NCBI GenBank assembly: GCA_012295275.1
Contig: CM022665.1
Coordinates: 39,122,001 to 39,186,000 of the forward strand
DNA: 64,000 bases
Source: Chrysomallon squamiferum
Taxonomy: Eukaryota > Animalia > Mollusca
Reading direction: 5' to 3'
Shown: piece after piece, positions 8,969 through 21,137 of the stretch
Position numbering within the stretch: position 1 is the stretch's first letter
How the letters are laid out: every line of letters begins with the position of its first letter
Notes under the pieces: model-generated
Told to the model about the DNA's origin: nothing
Database searches by the model: none
The model's input: the letters and a program-made list of their open reading frames with translations, nothing else
Program-made: the position numbers and the translations under genes

Positions 8969-11900
8969 CTTCACCAAGAATGATGTAGAAATTGTATACA
9001 AAAAAATTGATTTATCCTTTTATTTTCGATGTGTATAAAATCATTAATTTAGTTAACCTTGTAGCATTAACAAGTTTCCAATCATTAGATTACGTTTGGC
9101 GTCAGATTAGACCAACATTTTTTGGTTATTGGAAAAACGTGTGGTTAAATGTGTACGAAATTTTTGATGAACGTATCTTTTGTCAGTACCAATTTTGTAA
9201 AAATAAACTGTTAATTCTTTAAAATTGAATATCGTTTGCCAAAATTACATATATAGGAACAACAACTATTGTCACCTTCCTGCATGAAGCATGACCGTAG
9301 TTGTCTCCCGTAGCTCCGACCCGAAATTAGGAACCGGACTACGGCACCTCGGGAAAACTTCGTCACAGGCCCGCCGAAAGATGCCGACATAAATTTCCTT
9401 AGAAATTCAGTTGGTTCTGGTACCTTTGTACCCGACGTGGAAGACGACGACGACGCCTGCTCAACCCCTGCTCACCCCAACAAACAAAAACATCAGATAA
9501 ACCTTAGGGGAAGAGCCTCTGTTCGACCAGTTAACAATAAAGCTGAATTCTCCTGGGACTGAAGAATTCAATCCACTGCCAGCAGTCCACTTGCAGAATC
9601 AGAAATGTAAGAGGCGCCCACTTTTTTCGCATAAAAAATATCGGGAAATCACAGAAGTGGACAAGACATTTGTAATGCAGAGGAAATTTATTCAGATTCA
9701 GACTTGGGCAGGAGGATAATGAAAAGGACACACAAACTGTCAAAAAGTCCATGAGAAAAGAAGGTCTCTTGTAATATAAAGGAGAGATTTGAAGAAGGTG
9801 ATGTTTTATTTAATGATGCACTCAACACATTTTATTTATGGTTACGTGGTTAAGAACCACTGAGATAATAAGAGAGTAAACAGCCTGAGGCCACAACTGC
9901 AACACTGAACAAACAACACCTGTGGCTACCACCATACTGCAACATTCCAGGAAATGAGGTAGTAATCTGTCAAAAGAATGGAAAATGGTCTGTGATGAAC
10001 CAGGAAACACACATGTGGATATCAAGGCTATTGTAAAATTAACCTCCAAGAGACAATGGCTTAACAATACAACACCAGAAATTGCCAGTACCGTACCAGC
10101 TGTCAAGAGAAAACCAGATGATCATGATGCGAATGAGAAAAGAACACTCTAAACCTAACTGTCACATTTATACAATATTCCATGTGAGAGACACTGGAAC
10201 CTGCCACTTCAGCATAGCCCCCATGAGTAGCTGTCTCAGTGTTCAACAAAGAAGAATTTCAATATCACATTTGTTGGTATTTTTGCATAAGTGACTCTTC
10301 AAAACATATTTTTAAATCTTACTTCAAAAGTTAATGATCAAGTACGTTTTCCTTCACTTGAAAGCTGAAATATGAATAATTTTGGTTTGGGCTACCAAAA
10401 ACAAATTTGGGCCACTAAATTGTTTTCAAAATGAATATTTAGATAGATAGATTTATGATTCATATTTATCAATTTATCAGTAAGGTAATATATGAATATG
10501 GTCTAGTTGTGATCTCATAATAAGCATGCCAGAACTTTACAGTTACACAGAAGAACTGGGTTTCAAATGCTATACGGTAGAAGATATAATGAAAGTTTTC
10601 AATAAGATTTGCCTTTTTAAAGCTTCTTTCAAGTTCCATAAAAATAAACTTGTTACATGAATGTTTTTTTACCACCCAGTGGAACTATGAGTACCAGGTA
10701 ACTTGTCCTGCTGAATATACAATAAACATGACATTTGCTTCTGACTTAAAACTACCATGATTTGATTTCCTCTTTGTGTTTTATGAATTTAATTGAAGTG
10801 ATCCTATTTTTGGTGGTGTACATTCTTTGGTTCTGAAAGATCATGTCCAACTGTACTGAAGTAGACACTCTTAACATGCTGAAGCCCAAGGAGTTTGCAC
10901 ATTTGTTTCCATTTTGGTGCTCTTGGAGGCTGAAATTTATCTTGACCTGGGTTGTCTTCCTTTCTCTGGGAGATTCCTCAGCTTTGGGGACTTATTCAGA
11001 TGAGGCTGGGGATTTGTTCCTTTTTGTGATGGTGGCATAGCTTTCCATTTCTTACTTGGTGGGGTATTGTCATTATTACTTGTCTTTTTTTTTTTTGTCA
11101 TCCATCTGAGAGCTTCAGGTAGACTAATACTGAAGGGGAGGAACAATATTCTGACACTGGCATAATCAGTTTTTGGAAAAAATGCCACTGAATGGCAAAA
11201 GTGACTAGTCGGTATTCATAAAATTTTGCCTCCTTACTACATTCAGTAAATAATGTCCCAGTGTCTGAAGACAATATCCGATTTTTTTTTTTTGTACAAC
11301 AATTTATTTTAAAAATATGAAATTCACAAAACATTTAAGTTTTGAATGAATGTTTGCAAATAGAAATATCTGACAAACAGCGATAATGTCAAAGCTGTTA
11401 CTTATTAAACACACAAAAACACAGCAAGTAAAATGGAAAAGTTCAGTTTCACAATGGTTTTCAGATTTCTGGATATGATAGATGTATAATATAAGTTCAT
11501 GAAAATGTATTGCACCAGTTAAATATTTTTATATTTTAATAAATTGTATAATTTAAAAACTTGGAATTTCCAGATGGATAAAGTCAAATAATGTTGATAT
11601 GATGATAATTATGATGATATTTATTATAAAAATACTGGGATACTTTAGCAGTGATAATACTGTAATTCCTTTGAAGGACCAGTTATATTTATTATTATTT
11701 TTATTTTATTTTTTCTATCTGACCAATACTGAAGAACTTTAAAACTATTAAAATAATTATGACAAAAGTCATAAAAGATTGAGTTAATGGTTTTGCCATG
11801 ATTTATATACTTTTAGTGCCTTTATATGTCAATTTAGAAGTAAATGTAATTAAATCATAAAAAGAGAAATTTGTTAGTATTTTTATTTTTCAGTTTTAGT

Positions 11901-12779
11901 GAATTTATTTATAATATTAGAGTGAGAGTGACTGACTATAACTGGGTATTTTCTTGAATGGCATGGAGTAGTTTAACAAATTATTCTTACAGATGCACTT
12001 TAATAACAATGTATAAAAGAGATGCCTATGTGTATTTAAGTACATATTCACCTATTTGTGTTTTTGTATTTATGATGTGTGTCTGGAAGTATTTGTAAAG
12101 CTGCATGATGTGTGTGAGTTCTGTGTGTGTGTGTTTGTATGTTATGTATGTGAATATTTGACTGCTTTAGGAATGAACATTCTGTAGATTCATGGAGCTC
12201 TGTTTAGGCTTTGATCAAAATAGAAAAACACTAAAATAAAAAGCAATGCCAAATCACAAGACAATGAATATGTCTTCAAGTTTTCATAAACATTTCCAGA
12301 GTGAATGTTATTAACAAAGCCTTGATTTATGGCTTAATTTGTTTGCTTCTGTTAATGAAACCAGTCTATGTCATAAAACTTTTGATAAAACTTGTGAGAA
12401 AATATTAAATGTTTTTTTAAAGAACTATTATTTATTAAGTGATCATTTTGTAAAATTATTATTATTATTATTATTTTGAATCAGATATTGCAATTAGTTG
12501 CAGAGGGTTAATCTATATGATTTAGCAATAAGGGATCTTAATATGCACCTTTCCACAGATAGAAATATAGTATATAACAGGGTTTTAATTATGGTTATAG
12601 TAAGAAATGGCCAGATGCTATTCATCAAGAGAAAACAACCCACTGCATATATTCCTGTCAGAGAAGTAAAGAAGAAATATTTATAAATGTACTGCCTTCA
12701 TTGAGCAACTATTACTCTAGTAAATAAATAATTAAAATAAACAAACAACAAACATAAAATTTAGGTATCACACAAACTT

Positions 12780-13191
12780 TTAATTCTTGGCTACTGTTTC
12801 ATTGATACCTGATCTAAGGTCTTTTATTTCTTGATTGTCACTGAATTCATCAACTTCTTTAATTATTTCTGAGGTTTTCATTTGCCATTCACCATCAGGT
12901 TCCACATCCCAGTGAGGACCTTCGCTGTTGTCCTCATGAGAGACATCAATAGCCATTTCATCTTTCTGTGTTGCAACATTTGCTGTTTTCTTCTCAGTTC
13001 CATCAGCTGGGAAAGGCATTATCTTTACACTTGGTTTAGCTGCAGCATATGACTGGCTGAAGTCAGGTCCAACATGTTCATGATTTCCATAGATGGGCCC
13101 ATCAACGAGATGGGTGTAAGTGTTCAGACCAGCTTCATCATCAGGACTAAACAAGAAACAAGCTTCAAGCTTTTTCTTTATACCTGTGAAA

Positions 13192-13235
<44 letters not shown>

Positions 13236-15414
13236 GAAGAAGAAGAAGAAGAAGAAAAAAAAAAAAAAAAAATGATGATAATAGTGATAATACAAGTGTG
13301 TGTATGTGTGTGTGTATGACAGAGATATACTAATCTCTTTAACAGACAATTATCCTCTCATCCTCTGACATAATACAAGTTAATGTAGTATAAGAAGTCT
13401 CATTGAGATTTCACTTCATTCAGTCATTATATATCATGACACAGATCACAAATAATAGCATATATATAAACATATGTATAAATTGTATGAAATATGAAAT
13501 GATTACATACCTCTTAATTTGTTCAACATCTCCTTTGCAGTAATTTTTTCACCACACACTTTCTTTATCGATAAGACCACTTCGTGTATTTCATGAATGT
13601 TTTCACGATACTCTGGTCTAGTCATTATCTTTGTCACCATCTCCTCCAGTTCCTCCTCAATTTCATAAAGCTCCTCCTCCTCATTATCATCCTGTTCATT
13701 CCTCCGTTTCATCCAATTCCTTCTCATTATCATCCTTTTCATTCTCCGTTTCATCCAATTCCTCATCACTTTCATCCTGTTCATTCTCTATTTCATCCAA
13801 TTCCTCATTTTCATCCTGTTCATTCTCTATTTCATCCAATTCCTCCTCAATATCATCCTGTTCATTCTCTGTTTCATCCAGTTCTTCCTCAATGCCATCC
13901 TGTTCATTCTCTGTTTCATCCAATTCCTCCTCAATGTCATCCTTTTCATTCTCCATTTCATCCAATTCCTTCTCATTATCATCCTTTTCATTCTCCATTT
14001 CATCCAATTCCTTCTCATTATCATCCTTTTCATTCTCCATTTCATCCAATTCCTTCTCATTACCATCCTGTTCATTCTCATTATCATACTTTTCATTCTC
14101 TGTTTCATCCAATTCATTCTTATTATCATCCTCTTCATTCTCATTATCAATCTGCTCCTTCATGCTGTCAACCAGATACTTCTGTCCATCATGCAATTTC
14201 TTCACTCTATCATCCAGTTGCTTCTTACTAACATCTAGGTCCACAGCAGGATGCATCTGAGTTTTCTCCACTTTCTCAAGGAGAAGAACATCATGCTTCT
14301 GACCCGTAGATGCTACTGGCCCACCAGCTAGCAAGATCTGGATGACAGTTGTGTTAGATGTATCAGTCAGGTTAAATCCATCAGAAGACCCAGAACTATG
14401 AATATCAGTGGGACTGCCAGTGTCAGGGATAATGGCAGCACTGAAATATCTGACAGGGTTCAGAATGTCCATTAAGCTGACTGTGTTTTGACTATGGCCA
14501 TCACCAAAATCCCCAAGAGCCCTGGGAATAGGACGGACAAACTTAAAATCCAAGTCCAGATTGAGATTAAGAGGTTGTTTAGATTCAGTACCATATCCTT
14601 TGTTTCTGATACCATCGTTTGGCTGTTGAATACCAGGTTTTGCTGTCTTGGCTTCTGTAATAAATAAATTGAAGCAAAGACAATGTAGTGAAAGGAACAG
14701 CTTGTTTTTATGTTATGTGAAATGCTGTGATTTTTCCAGGATACTTAGTGTAAATATGTTATTATCCTTTCTTTGTAAAATGTAAACTTGTTTCTGGAGA
14801 TAAAGTTACAGTTTTATTTTCAGTTTGTTATATTATTAGTTATATTAATTAGCTAATTATCAATCACAGATGAGCACCACATTTAATGTGTTTTACTCTC
14901 ACCACTTTTCAGAAATTTTGTTCTTCATTTATAAAAAATCTCTTTCACTGATAATCTCCACTGAACTAATTAGTCACAACATAAGTTTACATTTGTCAGA
15001 ATTTTATATCCAAAACACCCATCTAGTGGTTTCTTGTTGTCTCAGAAAACTGTGTGTTTATGTGTGTGTGTATGTCTGTATGTGTGTATGTATGAGTGAG
15101 AGAGAGAAGGAGAAAAAAACAAAAATGCAAAAATGAGGCAATAAAAAAAATATATTAATAAAAAAATAAAATAAAAAGATCATGTGGATTAATCAAGACA
15201 TGAACAAGAATATGAAATTGTTAATTACAAATTTTACCTCTTTTGAACAGCAAACTGGAATTTCTGTTCTGGACTGGTCTCAACAGGATGTGAAGAAAGT
15301 TATTTTTCTTGATATAATCAAGGTTTCTTCTCTCTTCAGAGTGCTTTTCTTCCAGATATATCTATAAATAAAGTTTCACAATTATTATCATTTAATATGA
15401 GTGTGGGGGCATTG

Positions 15415-15455
<41 letters not shown>

Positions 15456-15552
15456 ATGTTCTCTTCCATCTTGTTAATACCTTTCTGACTGGTCTGAAAA
15501 AGCACGTCTTCATCAGAAGAATTAAGTAAATCAGTATGAAGAAAATGTTCAT
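12780..15552 (-). CDS. Orphan 4-exon gene, ~580 aa: hydrophobic N-terminus, Asp/Glu-rich 14-aa tandem repeats; one +1 frameshift at ~13701
   Basis: Exons 15481-15552 (MNIFFILIYLILLMKTCFFRPVRK), 15238-15361, 13511-14654 and 12780-13183. All introns are GT-AG with matching phases once one extra base in exon 3 (1144 nt instead of 1143) is removed. The model joins ORFs 13696-14553, 13503-13784 and 12780-13349. Confidence 0.7.
13660..14145 (-). repeat. Coding 42-bp minisatellite, ~12 copies (ENEKDDNEKELDEM-type unit)
   Basis: Recurrent ttcatccaattcc...tcattctc units, translated in ORF 13696-14553. Confidence 0.92.
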
Positions 15553-16284
15553 CTATTTCAGAAAAAGAAAGGAAAAGTTATTAGTAACAATAAAATTAAC
15601 AACACCAACATAATAACAATAATAATAATAAAATTAACACAGTAATAATAGTAATCATTGCAACAACAACACTATAACAATAATAAAAACGCAATTTTAA
15701 AGAAATTAGTTTTCAGTCTGTATTTTTGAATTTAACGTTCTTTTATTAACAGAGATAGTCTGTTAATGACCCTGATTTTTTACAGATTTTGTTTCTCTTT
15801 TACGATTTGTAGTCTTTGTTTCAATGAAGTTAAAACTGCACAGTTTTATTCATAGTGTAATAAAAGGTATGTCTACATAAGTTGACAACTCGTAAATTGC
15901 ATAGAGTATGAGAGTATTAATTTGAATTCCGTGTTTACAGTTCTCTGTTTTGATTAATTCTGAAATACTTTAAAATGTATGAACCAACAGTTTCATTAAA
16001 GTTTCGCCAGTGATATAAGAAAAGAAAATATATAATTCGGAAATTGTAGAATTCAACTTTCTCATGTGATGTGATAAAGATTAATTAGTAGTTTATTGAT
16101 GTTAATACTGACGAAAATTGATACGTAAACAAAAGTTGGTAATTATTCAACTGATGTAAACCTCATACTTCATCAAACAGAATTAAACTAAAAGTATTAA
16201 ATAAGTTATGACTTTCAAATTATACATTTTGTGTTATATTTATAGTAAAAATGAATAAAGAAATTAAAATAAAGAAAAACACAC

Positions 16285-16348
16285 CTTATTTTAAACATGC
16301 CAATTCGCATCTATGTTGCTATGTGATTAGCAAAAATTTATGACGTCA
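16285..16348 (-). promoter_or_regulatory. Candidate promoter / non-coding first exon of the acidic-repeat gene with a perfect CRE
   Basis: TGACGTCA at 16341-16348 in a CpG-containing patch; AG|gtgtgt donor-like site on the minus strand at ~16284; the ATG exon at 15552 is directly preceded by an acceptor AG. Confidence 0.35.
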
Positions 16349-16501
16349 TCACAAACTTCGCAACGTTCGGCAGAGTTCGTTAATTTTAACGAACCTTTAA
16401 CAATTTAAAAAAAGAAAAAGAATTGTATTATTCTGAATATCAATTTTATATACTCCATAATTACGTTAAAACATTAACCAACTGATAATAATAATAATAA
16501 C

Positions 16502-16540
<39 letters not shown>

Positions 16541-16671
16541 CATAATGAATAAATGACTGTATTATAATAATATAATAATAACAACAACAATAACAGCAAT
16601 AATAAAACTTTCTGTAATATCGCTGACAAATGTTTTATAATTTGTGTATTGTATTCAAACTTTATTTCTGA

Positions 16672-16706
<35 letters not shown>

Positions 16707-17611
16707 CTATTTGTATTATCGTATAAATACTTTCATAATACTATAATTCGGTAAATAAATCTTATGTAAATCTTGGTCTGTATTTTTAGTGCATAAATTA
16801 ACAAAATCAAGTTTTGTTTTCTTCTTTGTTGCTATTTTGTTTTGAAACATATTCCTGCATCGGTATTCTTTAAATAGAAACTATCGTAAAGAAAAAAAAA
16901 AAAAAAAACTACAAAGAAACACACATATATGGCTTTATATGTTGGTAAAACGTCAGAAAGTCATCAGATCTTTATTTTTTTTTCAACCATAACTTAAGAC
17001 AAAAATAAATAAATAAATAAAATAAAATAAAATAAGTTCTAAAAGTCAGAATAAAAAATATTAAACATCATTTAATTGTCTCGCTTACGTTTGCATGTAG
17101 TAACATCTAGGACTAAACTACATTTTAAGTCAAGTTCGGTTAATATAAATATTGCGTACCAACCTTTATATGACAGTTGTATTTGTACGTACATTCATAA
17201 ACTAAGCTAAAAGATTTATAAAAAAAGCTACATCTGACGAATTTAGGAACAAGTTATAATTAAGGAATTCAGGAATATACTAAGGTTTAGAGAAATAATT
17301 TGACAGTTTAGTAAATCAATAAATAACAGTTTTATTTAACAATGAATAACTTAATAGTTTATTAACAATGAATAACTTAATAGTTAGGTCAAGAACAAAT
17401 AACTTGACAGTTTGGTCAATAAGAAATAATTTGGTAGTTAGGTTAAAAATTTGACAGTGTGTGGTTATCAACAAATAGTACATTTCGGTTCTGATGATTC
17501 AAATGTTAATTTTAATAATTTCACTTTCCGAAACCAATGTTTACTTTTGAAGCGCTTTAAACACATTTAATTACAACAGATTATAATATATTATTAAGGG
17601 ACAGGCCAGAC

Positions 17612-17811
17612 CAGGGGTTTTCAAACTGTGGTCCGCAAGTACAAGACAGGGGGTCCGTGGACAGCGAATACTTTTTATGGGCAGTTTGATTTTATATATG
17701 TTATTTTAAGCAAATATTTATTATAAATTTCATAAGCGTTTATAAGGGGGTCCCTAAGGTAAAGCCTGAAATATAAAGGGGTCCGCAAGTCAAAAAGTTT
17801 GAAAACCCCTG
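17612..17811. mobile_element. 200-bp non-autonomous hAT (Charlie-like) MITE
   Basis: Perfect 16-bp TIRs CAGGGGTTTTCAAACT / AGTTTGAAAACCCCTG; perfect 8-bp TSD GGCCAGAC at 17604-17611 and 17812-17819; subterminal GGTCCGC repeats. Confidence 0.92.
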
Positions 17812-19012
17812 GGCCAGACCATTAGCAATAAATAACATATAAATTGTGTGTGTGTGTTTATGTGTGTGGGTATCACCCATTCTCAAAAGGTGAGCCTTGA
17901 CGCGTGATACAAAGGCATTAATATGACTAAGGTTGTATTCTCCTTTTTTACACGTAAAGTACGTGGGAAATTCCTCGAAGACACTAGGGACAATAAAATA
18001 TAGTAAACACTGTCACTGGTGCTTTCTTAAGGAACCCAGGACAGTAATGGTCTGCCATTATTGGTCAGGGTTTTGAAATGTTATCTGACTGCGGTGAAAG
18101 AGAGTTCAAGAGAAGGAAGAGAATATCAGGCATGGGAGAAAGACGTTTGGGCCAATTCTCTGCAATATAACTACGATAGTATTGCCTATAATGTTATATT
18201 ATAATTGTCTATCATGTTGAACAGTCAGGCAGAGAAATTAAAGATGTAGTTTTTGTGCGAGGGTGGTTTATGCATCCGGCCACATATATATGCATACACA
18301 CACATACACAGGCAGACGCGTGTGTGTGTGTGTGTGTGTGCACATACATACATACATATATACGTATGTACGTACATACATATACACATACATAAATACA
18401 TATGTTCCTATCGTACGTACGTTCAAACACACAGATATAACACCTGCTAGTAAATCTGCTGCATGTTAGTTTTTTTATCTAAAAAATACCCACACACTTT
18501 TCTATATACGATGTGAAGTCAGAAACTTCAAAACTTGCAGCTTACACAAGCCCTCTGGTGAATGTATTGTATTACTGTTATACTTTACTTTTAACAAAGG
18601 ATAATTTAAAACCCCTAAATTATAAAATAAATAAAAATAAATAAATAATGCACAAAGACAAGCATCCCCGAAATTACACGCGGTGATGCACTTTCAGTTT
18701 CTAGTAATATTATGACGGCATATATTAACGATACATCCACTGAATATTTAAATATGGGTATAATAAAAAATATACACATAAAAGCAGCAACACATTAAAA
18801 AATGCGAGCGCACATTCTCAGTGCAAAAGCTAATAAGCCGCAACTGCGTATCGAAGACTAAAGGCCCTAATTAATCATATATATTTGTTATAGGGCATGC
18901 CTATAATCCTTACCTGGACCTCGGGTTTGACGTTAGCATCTGTTCATATCTTTAGTAGATGTTGACGTCAAAACCGACGTCAGAAGAAAGCTTGCCGTGG
19001 CGCATTGCTATA

Positions 19013-19104
19013 GTTCGTAACTCAGGACATCATTCGTAAACCGAGACAAAAATCGTATTCCGACTTGTCCGTGCTTTGAGGCGTTCGTAACCCGAGGTTC
19101 CACT
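19013..19104. mobile_element. Single terminus of a Tigger/pogo-like MITE
   Basis: Repeated TTCGTAA motifs ending in TTCGTAACCCGAGGTTCCACT, the shape of Tigger-type ends; no partner end found. Confidence 0.45.
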
Positions 19105-21137
19105 TTATTTATTTATTTATTTATTTATTTATGCAGATTTCTTCTGCATTTAAGAAAAAAAAAAAAATAAAAATCTTGATGATTAAACAAAACCCAGGGT
19201 TATGTTTATGTCAAATGTTTTTTTGGATTCGTTTTTCATGAAACGCATTTTAATTAATTGTCTATTATATATTCAGTTGTTATAGATATTTCGCAGAATG
19301 AACAAATGCCAAACGTTTGCCCGCCAAACCGTGCGAGTTCAACCCATTTGGCACTAAACTTTTGGTAATTCAGTATTTCAGTATTTCAATATCGTTCCAT
19401 GCATATTTATGTTTTATAAAGACTGTGTCTTAATAGACTTTTGAAGTTGAAAACATGGTGCGCCTGGCGCAAATCGAGCACTATTCAGTACTTTGTAAAA
19501 AAAAAAAAAAAAAAAATTAGAAATATAGGCTACCCTATGTTTATTACAAGTTTTATAACGTGCTAAATACGTTTTATTTACATCCATCACTGAACTCAGT
19601 ATGTTTGCAGTTGTGTTCTGAGAGAAAGTAACATAGTCCTATTTAATACTCATGTATAGTGGTCCTCTTCATTAATCTCCAATTCAGTCTACGAGATGAA
19701 TTTTTTTTTTTATAGCTGATCTTTATATTTATTAACAGGCATAAATTCAGTTACTGACAGATTTAGATATTTTCTTATTTGCACCATCTGATCACAATAT
19801 CCAAACTGTTTGGTTCCATGTTTGATTAACCATGAAAAAAAAATATGATCTCATCAGCATTTTTGCCTTTTTAAAGTAAAAGTTGTTATATTTAAAAAAA
19901 AAATTGGTATGCTTTTAGAACATTAGAAACATGATGTATTTTAAAAAATCTGGAAATAGCCCAAATATAAATTTTATTGCAGAAATTATAAACTTTGGAT
20001 TTGAAGTTATATGTATATAAAACTAATTAAAATGAAAAAATAAAGCTATTAAAAAGAAAGAATAATTTAAAAAATTAAAACCCATTAAGTCTGATATTAA
20101 GAAACTGAGGAATGCAATAGATTCAACGATTTAGAAAAAATAAATAAATAAAATGACAAATATTTTACAGAATCATTTGGGCTCATTAATGGATAAACCA
20201 ATGTACATCAATACAGACATAACTGATTAGAGCATGTTTTGTGCTTTTACCAAAAAATACAGCAATTGTAGAATGTATTAACTAACAAAGAAAGGCTCTA
20301 TAATAATTATATGCTTTGTTTTATTTAAATAAATGTGAATTATTGTTATAAATTACTCTGTAAAAGAAAAATTTATATTAATTAATTTATTTATAATTTT
20401 TTTTTTTTTTTAAAGAGTTTCTTGCTAATCATACATTTTCACAACAGCAAAGCAACAACAACAAACGAAAGTTCAAAAGCATTATATTTTTATAGATTTT
20501 GAAGTAAAATGTATACATTTAATAAAGACAAGATTCTGTTTCACAGAAAAATTTCATTTGATGTCTAACACCAAATGTTTCTTCTTCTATCATCTTACAG
20601 ATACATCTCTTCAGGATATTCAACTTCAGATTCATTTTTACAGCCATGGTACCAAATCTGACCAACGTCCATCTTTGCATTTACTAATGTTTGTCATATT
20701 ACCAGCATACAACTTTTTTTAAATAATAATTATAATTATTAACTTTCTGTTGATTATGAATACTAAACTGATACAATTTGCAGTGAATATTTTCATTACA
20801 ATTGTTTAATTACTTAAGTGACATTTATTTTTATTTTTTTAATAAAATATTTTTGATGGGATTTTTTATATTTTAAGTAAAACTCAAAGCAGTTTTAGTT
20901 TCAGGAATGTTTGAATTAGCGATAATTATGTCTCTTAACCTTACAGGAATACATGAAAAATACCATATCCTTGAAACATTGGATGTTTGTACTAACTTGT
21001 AAAATAATTATTTCCTTCATTAACTTATCAGCTGTTCATGACCAACAACAGTTTATTCATAATAGAGATTCTTTACTGAAATCCTTCACCTTGAAATTCT
21101 GAAAATGTTTTTATCCAATTACTAACACTATTTTCTT

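Noticed and set aside
13184-13349. Poly-Phe/Leu 'transmembrane' N-terminus of ORF 12780-13349
   Set aside because: Intronic microsatellites upstream of the acceptor at 13184-13186.
13584-14260. His/Pro-rich and Ser/Phe-rich plus-strand ORFs, and Met/Arg-rich minus ORF 13827-14150
   Set aside because: Alternative-frame and antisense readings of the 42-bp acidic repeat; only the acidic frame joins spliceable unique exons.
18212-18469. ORFs rich in Y/I/H/T/V/C
   Set aside because: Translations of (CA)n/(TACA)n microsatellites.
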